DNA of 64,000 bases, taken from sequence record OR805294.1; one strand, given 5' to 3'. Shown here one piece after another: positions 7,422 to 15,059 of the stretch. Each line of letters starts with the position of its first letter. Position 1 is the first letter of the stretch. A model generated the notes under the pieces. It did no database searches. It was not told where the DNA came from and saw only the letters and a program-made list of their open reading frames with translations. The position numbers and the translations under genes were made by a program.

Positions 7422-7910
7422 TTGAATATATTTGTGACTGACACAAATCCTTATGTATGTGCCAAACATCATTGTGATGTTCATCTAAGAAAGATGATAG
7501 TAGAAACAGCACAATTGTTAAGCACCACTCATTATATAATAAACGGATATACTCCTGCATATAAACCTACTCATAAAAATCATCCATGTGCCGTTTGGAT
7601 TAGAGAAAGTTCAAAAAACTATGAATGGACTTATGAACTTCTTACAAATCTTATAAATGAATTTGAATATAGATTTGACAAACAACATGCAACTAAAATT
7701 CACCTTTCGTCATTAAAAACTATACCAAAACTCCCTAATATAGAAAGAACAGAGTTTGTCTTAGTTATGCCAGACGAATTTAAAACAGGTAATGTAACAC
7801 ATTCATATCAGTTATATTTAAATGACAAATTTAAAGAATGGGCATCGAGATCTAACAGACCCATTTATGCTACATATACAAAGACACCTAAACCATATTT
7901 TATTAGTTGA
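7422..7910 (+). CDS. Pyrimidine-dimer DNA glycosylase-family protein (endonuclease V-related)
   Basis: MNIF...HCDxHxxKMIVETAQLLST and YKPTHKNHPCAVW motifs; TTG start. Confidence 0.8.
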   Translation: MNIFVTDTNPYVCAKHHCDVHLRKMIVETAQLLSTTHYIINGYTPAYKPTHKNHPCAVWIRESSKNYEWTYELLTNLINEFEYRFDKQHATKIHLSSLKTIPKLPNIERTEFVLVMPDEFKTGNVTHSYQLYLNDKFKEWASRSNRPIYATYTKTPKPYFIS

Positions 7911-7982
7911 AATATAATAAAAATGATTGACATGTACATAAGATCATATTATGCTGTATAAAACAGCAAGGAGTAGATATAC

Positions 7983-8216
7983 ATGTACCGCAAACTGAAT
8001 ACAAATCCACGCCCAATGCCAAAAACAAAGGCAATTCCAACTAAATTTGTCATTCAGTACACTGCACGGAATAAAGCAACAGAAAGTTTGTTCAAAAAAA
8101 GAACTATTACATTACATGCGTTTGGGCGTCTCGATGCACAAACACTCCTATCAAAACATATCCGAAAAAATAATTTGGAATTAGGTGTAATTATTGATTT
8201 CGGTGAAACAGTTTAG
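7983..8216 (+). CDS. Small basic hypothetical protein (77 aa)
   Basis: TTGACA-17-TATGCT at 7927-7955; AAGGAG RBS. Confidence 0.8.
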   Translation: MYRKLNTNPRPMPKTKAIPTKFVIQYTARNKATESLFKKRTITLHAFGRLDAQTLLSKHIRKNNLELGVIIDFGETV

Positions 8217-8227
8217 TTAGTGACATA

Positions 8228-8254
8228 GGGAAAGGGGCAGTTGCCCCCTTTCCC
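8228..8254 (+). terminator. Intrinsic terminator (inverted copy of the GGGGCAACTGCCCC hairpin)
   Basis: GGGAAAGGGGC-AGTT-GCCCCCTTTCCC. Confidence 0.75.
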
Positions 8255-8274
8255 ATTATTAAGTCAATTGCAAA

Positions 8275-8301
8275 TGCAAATACAAATTATTCTTATTTGC
8301 A
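8275..8301. promoter_or_regulatory. Fur-box-like palindrome
   Basis: TGCAAATACAAAT-T-ATTCTTATTTGCA. Confidence 0.65.
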
Positions 8302-8483
8302 CAGATCAGACCATCCATTCCAATAACATTACTAACTTGGATGAAATGGCTTACTACAATGAACTTTGAATACTAAAAAGTACCTAAGAAGTAATTCCAG
8401 TTGTATCTAAAACACTATGTGTTATTATACATATAGTGTTTTTATTTCTTATAACTATATTCAATAATAATGGTAAAACATAT

Positions 8484-8807
8484 ATGATTGAAGTAATTAA
8501 ATGCATTATATGTAATGAATCACCCCGTCCTTGTGCATTTGCAGCATTTATTACTCAAATGCGTCAAGTAGTAAAACCTCATGCAACTATAACTAGTTGG
8601 AATATTCTGCCCGGCATTAATGATGATCCAACTAGTTATATTCATGCATTCAGTATAAAATCAAAAACAGCATACGATATTAATCAAGCGGTTACCTTAT
8701 TACTAATGTCATTATATAATGCTAGTGAATATAAGACTAGCTACATACCTACTTCGTTTAAAGACTATGAATCTACAATAAAGCATTTATCTAAGATCAA
8801 ACAATAA
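8484..8807 (+). CDS. Hypothetical protein (107 aa)
   Basis: ORF with ATG8484; promoter-like TTGTAT-16-TATTAT at 8401. Confidence 0.6.
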   Translation: MIEVIKCIICNESPRPCAFAAFITQMRQVVKPHATITSWNILPGINDDPTSYIHAFSIKSKTAYDINQAVTLLLMSLYNASEYKTSYIPTSFKDYESTIKHLSKIKQ

Positions 8808-8871
8808 CCAGTTGCATATTTACAAATATACATGTATGCTAATATGTATACACAATCATGAGTACATTATC

Positions 8872-9027
8872 ATGACAAAAGAAATTGCTTTTACTGAAGG
8901 ATTAAAAGCAGGCACTCAAATAAAAGAAGGCAAAGCTATCCTAACTGACTTCTTTCGATATTTCAATTCCTTACCAACTAATATGAGAACTTCTTTTATT
9001 ATCGGTATCAAAACCGGTAGAAACTAA
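8872..9027 (+). CDS. Small hypothetical protein (51 aa)
   Basis: TTGCAT-17-TATGCT at 8812-8840 overlaps the track's start, so ATG8872 is more likely. Confidence 0.55.
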   Translation: MTKEIAFTEGLKAGTQIKEGKAILTDFFRYFNSLPTNMRTSFIIGIKTGRN

Positions 9028-9114
9028 TAAGCATATTAATTTTCATATTTTGGTAGACAAAGGTACTCACTGGATGCATACTGTATACATACAGAACATA
9101 CGGAGTACAAAGGG

Positions 9115-9384
9115 ATGGATGCGCGTAGCCTGCTTCGCCTGATAGAAGACCTTCCTATAGCTGTCTTCGGCAGCACAATGGATATTGTTCATCGAGTCAA
9201 TTTTGAAGCTCTGGACAATGCCGCCCACACCGACGGGGTAAAAGTCCACGAAGACGGAACCAACCGTTATACAGACGCTTTTGTCGATTGTTGGCTCCGC
9301 AGCGTCGAAACAGTTTTGGCCTGTTGCGATTTTGTGACCGAAGACGCAGCGAAGTGGTATATCGAGCACGGTGTCAAGTTTTGA
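9115..9384 (+). CDS. Small acidic hypothetical protein (89 aa)
   Basis: GGAG RBS; GC-rich. Confidence 0.75.
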   Translation: MDARSLLRLIEDLPIAVFGSTMDIVHRVNFEALDNAAHTDGVKVHEDGTNRYTDAFVDCWLRSVETVLACCDFVTEDAAKWYIEHGVKF

Positions 9385-9414
9385 CATCCTCTGCCGCGCC
9401 TGCAGATAAAAAGG

Positions 9415-9457
9415 TTGACGTAGACTAGCAATAGACACATAATAATTACAACGCAAC
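9415..9457 (+). promoter_or_regulatory. sigma70 promoter, twin of 10816..10858
   Basis: TTGACG-17-CATAAT followed by AATTACAACGCAAC. Confidence 0.8.
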
Positions 9458-9482
9458 GCAACTAGCCCTGGAGGGCAAAACT

Positions 9483-9632
9483 ATGTGTAACATTCAATGC
9501 ATGAACAGCAAAGCCGGCGAGTCCTACGCATGGATTTGGAGCGATAGCGATAGCGATATCTGCTACGAAGTTATCTTCCGGCATGGCCAAGTCCTCACCC
9601 AGGTTTGGCTCGGCTATGATATTGTAGCCTAA
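9483..9632 (+). CDS. Small protein (49 aa, MCNIQCMNSKAGESYAWIW...), not in the ORF track
   Basis: GGAGG RBS after the promoter; hairpin AAAGCCCCG/CGGGGCTTT at 9641-9665 downstream. Confidence 0.65.
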   Translation: MCNIQCMNSKAGESYAWIWSDSDSDICYEVIFRHGQVLTQVWLGYDIVA

Positions 9633-9681
9633 CACCAACTAAAGCCCCGTCCCAGGCGGGGCTTTACCGAAGGAAAAGATC

Positions 9682-9891
9682 ATGATCGAACAACTGAAAG
9701 ACATGCTCGTAGCGCAACGCATGCGCATGAACCAACTCGAAAAACTGCGCTACACCGGACGCGTCGCTAGCGAGTTGCATGCCCACGCCAGGGAATTGTG
9801 TGAAGCCTTGGAACTGGCAATTGCAAATGCCCAGTGCCTGGAAATGCGCAAGTTCGAAGAAGCCGCCCTGCACGCCCTGTTCGCACAATAG
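9682..9891 (+). CDS. Small helical hypothetical protein (69 aa)
   Basis: AAGGA RBS; GC-rich codons. Confidence 0.75.
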   Translation: MIEQLKDMLVAQRMRMNQLEKLRYTGRVASELHAHARELCEALELAIANAQCLEMRKFEEAALHALFAQ

Positions 9892-9924
9892 CCCATCGCG
9901 CACAACCCGACAAGGAAACCAAAC

Positions 9925-10416
9925 ATGAGCACCACAATCCCTGATTCGATTAACCCGGGTGATCTTCCTGAAATCGGCCAGCCATTGGCCGATGGAACCT
10001 TCTTTGCCCGCCAATGGCTCAATGGCAAAGAATACGCCTACGTCGATCTCGGCAAAAGCGCCGAGTTCACTGGAGAATGGGGCGAGTATGGGCTGGACGT
10101 GGCCAGCGCCGTTAGCTATCGAGACGGAGCTTCGAACACGGTCGCCATGGCTGAAGCTGGCAGCCCGATTGCCAAGCAAGCTCTTGAGATCGGAGAAGGC
10201 GTATTCATTCCCTCTGTTCTGGAACTGGCTCTTCTGTTCTCCGCCAAGCAAGCCGGCGAGCTGTCTGGTTTCGCAGATCGCTGGTATTGGTCGAGTTCGC
10301 AATACTCCGCCTACGGCGCCTTCAACACGCACCTCGGCGACGGCGACACAGGCCTCGACCCCAAGTACGTCGACTTCCGTGTCCGCCCCGTCCACAAGAT
10401 TCTCATTCTTCAGTAA
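9925..10416 (+). CDS. DUF1566 (Lcl/CLec-like) domain protein of Pseudomonas prophage type
   Basis: C-terminal WYWSSSQYSAYGAF...DG...FRVRPVH motif; AAGGA RBS. Confidence 0.75.
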   Translation: MSTTIPDSINPGDLPEIGQPLADGTFFARQWLNGKEYAYVDLGKSAEFTGEWGEYGLDVASAVSYRDGASNTVAMAEAGSPIAKQALEIGEGVFIPSVLELALLFSAKQAGELSGFADRWYWSSSQYSAYGAFNTHLGDGDTGLDPKYVDFRVRPVHKILILQ

Positions 10417-10493
10417 TCTAGCCCCGGAGATAACACAATGAACCTGCACCTCTCCAAGCATTGTCTGCGCCCGCGCGCGACTAAGGAACAGTC

Positions 10494-10742
10494 ATGAGCA
10501 TTGCAAGCTACTTCTTGTTGTCCACTATTGTCTTCAACAACAACACCTACGCTCGTTCGACGACAGTGGACACCATTGTTGTTCGTGACCTCAGCAAGGA
10601 AGACTGCGAGGCGCTCAAGCGTGAGCGCGAAGCAGTTGTTAAGAACATCCGGGCAAGGAACTTCGGTAGCTCTGGTGATACGAGCGGTATCGCCGTGGGC
10701 TTTTCCAAACATAGCTGCACAAAGATGGAGGGTACGAAATGA
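10494..10742 (+). CDS. Small hypothetical protein (82 aa)
   Basis: TAAGGA RBS. Confidence 0.7.
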   Translation: MSIASYFLLSTIVFNNNTYARSTTVDTIVVRDLSKEDCEALKREREAVVKNIRARNFGSSGDTSGIAVGFSKHSCTKMEGTK

Positions 10743-10815
10743 CTCAACTGGCCACGGCGAGCAAACATTGCCCGGAAGGTGCTAGCTGAACGCCTGGCGG
10801 AACAATAAATAAAAG

Positions 10816-10858
10816 TTGACGTGGCCAAGCGAAGGGCGCATAATAATTACAACGCAAC
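10816..10858 (+). promoter_or_regulatory. sigma70 promoter, twin of 9415..9457
   Basis: TTGACG-17-CATAAT followed by AATTACAACGCAAC. Confidence 0.8.
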
Positions 10859-10882
10859 ACAGCAAGCCCCGGAGGCGCAACC

Positions 10883-11083
10883 ATGACCCAGATCGTAGAT
10901 GTCAAGCAAATTGCAATTGATGCAAACCGTCGCCCTGCCTACAATGCGGTCATGGTGCGCTGGTTGATGCAGGAAGCTGAATTGCACCGTAGCTGCGGTC
11001 GCACCGCTACCCTGTTCTGCATCGTTCGCAACCGCCCTGACGGCACACAGCGCCAGCTTGTGCAGCTTGTGGCTAGCGAGTAA
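10883..11083 (+). CDS. Small hypothetical protein (66 aa)
   Basis: GGAGG RBS after the promoter. Confidence 0.8.
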   Translation: MTQIVDVKQIAIDANRRPAYNAVMVRWLMQEAELHRSCGRTATLFCIVRNRPDGTQRQLVQLVASE

Positions 11084-11113
11084 CTTCTACAACCCTACGC
11101 CCAGGAGGCCGTC

Positions 11114-11278
11114 ATGAATGCTGCACTGGCTAGACTTCAAAACGAACGTTGCATGTTACTTCGCCGGATGCTTTGCAGCAAATGGCACGGATTCTGTTTT
11201 GCAGGTCACCCCTGGGCAGAACAAGCCCGTAGTCTGCACAACGAATCCAAGTGCATCCGCGAACATTACAGTAAGTAA
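11114..11278 (+). CDS. Small Cys/His-containing protein (54 aa, MNAALARLQNERCMLL...), not in the ORF track
   Basis: CAGGAGG RBS; the track's 11118 frame is a shadow. Confidence 0.7.
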   Translation: MNAALARLQNERCMLLRRMLCSKWHGFCFAGHPWAEQARSLHNESKCIREHYSK

Positions 11279-11312
11279 TCCAATCCCACCGGATCTTACT
11301 GAGGATAAGATA

Positions 11313-11417
11313 ATGACATACGCAGAACTAATAAAGAAACTACATAACATAGAAGCTGGTCATTATCTTTCCAATAATGAAGTTAAGTTTCAAAACACAG
11401 GCAAGCAGGAGAACTAA
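11313..11417 (+). CDS. Small protein (34 aa, MTYAELIKKLHNIEAGHY...)
   Basis: GAGGA RBS. Confidence 0.5.
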   Translation: MTYAELIKKLHNIEAGHYLSNNEVKFQNTGKQEN

Positions 11418-11418
11418 A

Positions 11419-11715
11419 ATGAATTGCGAACATTTTTTCCTCAGTGCAGTAAAAGAACTTCTGTCCCTGTACCACATTAAGAGTACTATTCAACCGTCTT
11501 CTGATAACCTCGAAGAATTGGTAGTAGTTATTACCGATACTGCTTTCGGTACTATCAGATATGTCGGAAATAATACTGGATCAGTTATGTGTTATACTAT
11601 GGGCGGTAATTACCCGTTGTATGATACTGAGTGTTATTCCAACCGAACTATGATAGATTGTGTTATGTTGATATCAGTTTGGTATTCAATGTTTCCGGCA
11701 TTTGATAATAAGTAA
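11419..11715 (+). CDS. Hypothetical protein (98 aa)
   Basis: CAGGAG RBS gives ATG11419. Confidence 0.75.
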   Translation: MNCEHFFLSAVKELLSLYHIKSTIQPSSDNLEELVVVITDTAFGTIRYVGNNTGSVMCYTMGGNYPLYDTECYSNRTMIDCVMLISVWYSMFPAFDNK

Positions 11716-11723
11716 TATAATGG

Positions 11724-11769
11724 TTGTTCTATATAGTGTATGATGTTAGTTGTATATTATATAGAACAA
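11724..11769. repeat. 12-bp inverted repeat
   Basis: TTGTTCTATATA (11724-11735) / TATATAGAACAA (11758-11769). Confidence 0.85.
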
Positions 11770-11971
11770 TTCTATTAACTGGGAGGGATTAATAAAAATA
11801 TTTTCTTGACAATAGTAGGTATAGGATAATTCTATTATACTGAAAATTGTTATAGAAAAATATAGTTGACAAATTTTGAAAGTGATGAATTCCAACACCG
11901 GGTGGCTGTAAGCTGAGACGGTTGACATTTGGTGAGTGGTGGATTGTTACGCGGGTAGATTTTGAAATTCA

Positions 11972-12029
11972 CCGTATATAGGTTCACTTATGTCACTTAT
12001 GAGTCATTTCCGTATATAGGTTCACTTAT
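11972..12029. repeat. 20-bp direct repeat CCGTATATAGGTTCACTTAT x2
   Basis: Copies at 11972-11991 and 12010-12029. Confidence 0.95.
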
Positions 12030-12166
12030 AACACATATAAGTTACTTCCATTCGCTCATAAGTAACGTTCGATTATAAGTATCTTTTGCTTATATGTTTA
12101 CTCATAGGTTATGATAAATCACATTCAGTACTGTTACTACACACATTCACGCCTATAAGTCATTTC

Positions 12167-12211
12167 ACTGTACTGTACTGTACTGTACTGTACTGTACTG
12201 TACTGTACTGT
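12167..12211. repeat. (ACTGT)9 microsatellite
   Basis: Read directly. Confidence 0.95.
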
Positions 12212-12560
12212 ATCATATATACTTTATACAATTCTCTTCTTTATCATGCTGCTAGTAAACAATCTATGTTATTATGCGTAGAAATGTTGTATAGTGTATA
12301 TTATAGTAAGTATAGTATGATTGCTATACAATATTCCTAATCTCATATTGTTGTTTAACTTTCCAAATCTGTCTCGGCTGTTCTACTTTATGTCTCATAG
12401 TTACGTATTTTCTTTATCTAGGCGTATACGTAATAAACAAAGTAACTTTATAAAAAATTACTATAACTCATTAAAATGGGTATACGGTGAAAGAAACATT
12501 TATAGATATATTACACGATACTCATTATGTAGAGCACTATATAGAGGCTATTAAATAAAA

Positions 12561-12770
12561 ATGAGTGGTATAATAAAAACATCTGTGTATTATAATAATA
12601 TTAATATATCTTCTTATGTTGCAATTATTAAACTAGCTACAACATATAGGTTAAAAGAATTTTCACACGTTGGAAATTTAAATATATCTTTAATACGCAA
12701 TAAAACGTATGTTACATTAAGTGTAAGTAAATATGGTATAAAAATTAATGTTAATATTAGAAATATCTAG
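12561..12770 (+). CDS. AT-rich small hypothetical protein (69 aa)
   Basis: First gene of a tightly packed chain. Confidence 0.55.
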   Translation: MSGIIKTSVYYNNINISSYVAIIKLATTYRLKEFSHVGNLNISLIRNKTYVTLSVSKYGIKINVNIRNI

Positions 12771-12777
12771 GTTAGCG

Positions 12778-12933
12778 ATGGTTATACGATATGATACATT
12801 CCTTAATGCTAAATATACACTTTTTAATAGTATACCGAATTTAAGCATGTATAAAATAGGCATTGATGTTGATGATAACGTTATATCTATAATAGTTTAC
12901 CAAACATATGAACAAGATATTTTTAATTTCTAA
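12778..12933 (+). CDS. AT-rich small hypothetical protein
   Basis: ATG after the upstream stop; start uncertain. Confidence 0.5.
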   Translation: MVIRYDTFLNAKYTLFNSIPNLSMYKIGIDVDDNVISIIVYQTYEQDIFNF

Positions 12934-13123
12934 CAATATTAATTTAATGAAGTATAACATACTTTACTATTATTATTCTGCTATTGCAGTTAATACACAT
13001 AAATTCTGGAAGGATAGAAGCTACGATATCGAAATAACATTTACAGGAGGCAATGCAATTATTCTGGAGTTGTTATTTCTAAATTGTAGAATAAAGGTTA
13101 GGAAACAATATGACTACGAATAA
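12908..13123 (+). CDS. AT-rich small hypothetical protein
   Basis: Chain packing; start could be 12947. Confidence 0.5.
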   Translation: MNKIFLISNNINLMKYNILYYYYSAIAVNTHKFWKDRSYDIEITFTGGNAIILELLFLNCRIKVRKQYDYE

Positions 13124-13304
13124 GATGATACACTGCTCGCGTATTGTAGGGATGAACAGAATACGAAAATACATTGTTGTATTTTATAAATGTGAGTTTA
13201 AAAGTTTATATATACAGCTTAATAACGAGCTTGGCTATTATGGAAGTTTAAGTTTAATGTATAGAGACTTTGATTCAGATATACTTTTTCGTATAATTCG
13301 ATAA
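13110..13304 (+). CDS. AT-rich small hypothetical protein (64 aa)
   Basis: Start overlaps the upstream gene's end. Confidence 0.55.
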   Translation: MTTNKMIHCSRIVGMNRIRKYIVVFYKCEFKSLYIQLNNELGYYGSLSLMYRDFDSDILFRIIR

Positions 13305-13306
13305 TT

Positions 13307-13492
13307 ATGAATATATTTAAAATTAGTGTTTTATCTTATGAAACAATGCAATTAGATACATTGCTTCGATATATTACAATACCCCAACATGTACCTATAA
13401 AGACTGTTTCTATAGTATATTTAAATGATTCAAAATTTGAAGTATACATTATCTTTGATAATATGAATTATATAATACTCACACATGAATAG
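13307..13492 (+). CDS. AT-rich small hypothetical protein (61 aa)
   Basis: 2 nt after the upstream stop; LSYET motif. Confidence 0.6.
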   Translation: MNIFKISVLSYETMQLDTLLRYITIPQHVPIKTVSIVYLNDSKFEVYIIFDNMNYIILTHE

Positions 13493-13712
13493 TATTTTAT
13501 TAAGATCTAGAATTCTATCATACGAAACTATAAATTCTTTTTTTAATATACTCTCGGCTATCAGTAGTAAGCGTAATCATACCTGGTCTGCTGTACGCAG
13601 CGTATCGTGCGAGTGTTTCAGAGACAATAATTACACACGGGTAAATTTCTCTGTTGAAACCTTTGCAGATAATACATTTATTTTAGCCAAATATAGAAGT
13701 AACAAAGCATAA
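13485..13712 (+). CDS. AT-rich small hypothetical protein (75 aa)
   Basis: Overlapping start; LSYET motif shared with the previous gene. Confidence 0.6.
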   Translation: MNSILLRSRILSYETINSFFNILSAISSKRNHTWSAVRSVSCECFRDNNYTRVNFSVETFADNTFILAKYRSNKA

Positions 13713-13857
13713 CTCTATATTAAATATACACTAGGGTGAAGGGTGAATAGTATAAGATTGAAACTTGTATATAAGAAAGTGGATCATACATGATAAAATG
13801 AATAAACATGTAGGAATGGGTTATATGTGTGAAGTGGATGTGTGATTGTGTTGTGGC

Positions 13858-13936
13858 GAAGTGAAATGAAGTGGATGAAGTGAAGTGAAATGAAGTGGAT
13901 GAAGTGAAGTGAAGGGAGTGAAGTGAAGGGAGTGGA
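13858..13936. repeat. C-free GAAGT-based compound tandem repeat (24 bp x2 plus 14 bp x2)
   Basis: GAAGTGAAATGAAGTGGATGAAGT x2, then GAAGTGAAGGGAGT x2. Confidence 0.95.
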
Positions 13937-14072
13937 TTATCTACTAGCACAATCGATTTAAAAAAATGCGTGCTAGCTCCACCATTCTAAAAAAAATAAA
14001 ATCTTGCTATGCGAATGTATGCAGTTTTGCTATAATAATATTATATTTAATCTAATATAACGGAATTTTGAA

Positions 14073-14447
14073 ATGATATTTGTTTTCGGTAGTAATGAAG
14101 CGGGTAGACATGGCGCCGGTGCAGCAAAATTTGCACTACAGCATAAAGGTGCAATCTACGGTATCGGTGTAGGTCATCATGGACAAAGTTATGCAATTCC
14201 TACTAAAGATCATAACATAATTACACTACCGTATGCTGATATAGAAAAATATGTTAAGCAGTTTTTAGAATATGCGAAAAATAATCCACAATTGCAATTT
14301 CAAGTAACCCGAATTGGGTGTGGTCTAGCAGGTTTCACTAATAACGAAATAGCTCCTCTGTTTGTCACTGCATCGGATAATTGCTATTTCGATAGCGCCT
14401 GGGCGCCTTATCTTCCTGGCAATTTTAAATTTTGGGGAAGTTTATGA
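14073..14447 (+). CDS. Macrodomain-like phage protein (A1S_2505-type family)
   Basis: IFVFGSNxAGRHGAGAA and FQVTRIGCGLAG motifs. Confidence 0.8.
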   Translation: MIFVFGSNEAGRHGAGAAKFALQHKGAIYGIGVGHHGQSYAIPTKDHNIITLPYADIEKYVKQFLEYAKNNPQLQFQVTRIGCGLAGFTNNEIAPLFVTASDNCYFDSAWAPYLPGNFKFWGSL

Positions 14448-14659
14448 ATATAATAGAGAAAATACAAGACTATAATAGTGTTTTTGATAGAATAACAGTC
14501 TCATATTTATTGCAATTAATAACAGGGAGTGAAAAGTTAATTAACTTTGATTTTATCAATATAAAGATAGTAACATATAAAACTAGTGTAACTAGTAAAC
14601 CTAGTGCAACATTAGAATATAGAACATGCAGTTTTCCTATAAAAATAGGATTAGTATAG
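14444..14659 (+). CDS. AT-rich small hypothetical protein (71 aa)
   Basis: ATGA overlap with the upstream stop. Confidence 0.6.
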   Translation: MNIIEKIQDYNSVFDRITVSYLLQLITGSEKLINFDFINIKIVTYKTSVTSKPSATLEYRTCSFPIKIGLV

Positions 14660-14874
14660 TGAATAAACAAGCAGAATATATTCACGCATACATTAAGGTA
14701 TTAAGCGTCTGTTCTATTAATAAAATTATTAATAAGCGAGTGAAACATTTTAGTATATACATAACAGAAGTTATTCATGATTTTGATGGAAAATATTTAA
14801 TTGTGAGAGCTAAATTTTATATTGTAGGTATTTACGGTTGTTATAGCAAGCCGGTTATATACAGATGCATATAG
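14659..14874 (+). CDS. AT-rich small hypothetical protein
   Basis: GTG overlapping the upstream TAG; start uncertain. Confidence 0.5.
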   Translation: MNKQAEYIHAYIKVLSVCSINKIINKRVKHFSIYITEVIHDFDGKYLIVRAKFYIVGIYGCYSKPVIYRCI

Positions 14875-15059
14875 ATATATTAGATTATTCAGCACGTTTC
14901 GGCAGAAGGTCTAATGCCGTATATATGTTAATTTACCTTGCGTTTTTAACGGTTAATAGTAAACATATAAAAATAAAAATAGATAAATCGTCTAGGGTTT
15001 TCTTTTCTATAATAGAAAACAACAATTTAAGATATAGTATAGGTATAGTATGTCAGTAA
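14865..15059 (+). CDS. AT-rich small hypothetical protein (64 aa)
   Basis: Overlap-coupled chain. Confidence 0.55.
   Translation: MHIDILDYSARFGRRSNAVYMLIYLAFLTVNSKHIKIKIDKSSRVFFSIIENNNLRYSIGIVCQ

Noticed and set aside
436-8301. Repeated intergenic motifs as a CRISPR array or attC integron
   Set aside because: Spacing is irregular and gene-sized, the repeats resolve into terminator, operator and promoter, and there is no cas gene or integrase.
9925-10416. DUF1566 gene as a diversity-generating retroelement target
   Set aside because: No reverse transcriptase and no adenine-variant template repeat of its 3' end is visible in the window.
60-11417. Overlapping or antisense ORFs in the track (e.g. 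60..308, 101..448, 721..1098, 1713..2099, 6729..7187, 9664..10461, 9959..10441, 11118..11417)
   Set aside because: Shadow frames of GC-rich genes; no RBS or promoter support, and they conflict with better-supported genes.
11746-12554. ORFs 11746..11928, 12086..12340 and 12321..12554
   Set aside because: They run through promoter-like and microsatellite DNA (TVLYC repeats come from ACTGT) and lack an RBS; 12321..12554 remains possible but unsupported.
13720-13950. 76-aa minus-strand ORF with HFTSSTSF repeats
   Set aside because: It is the translation of the GAAGT tandem repeat, with no RBS, and opposes all neighbouring genes.
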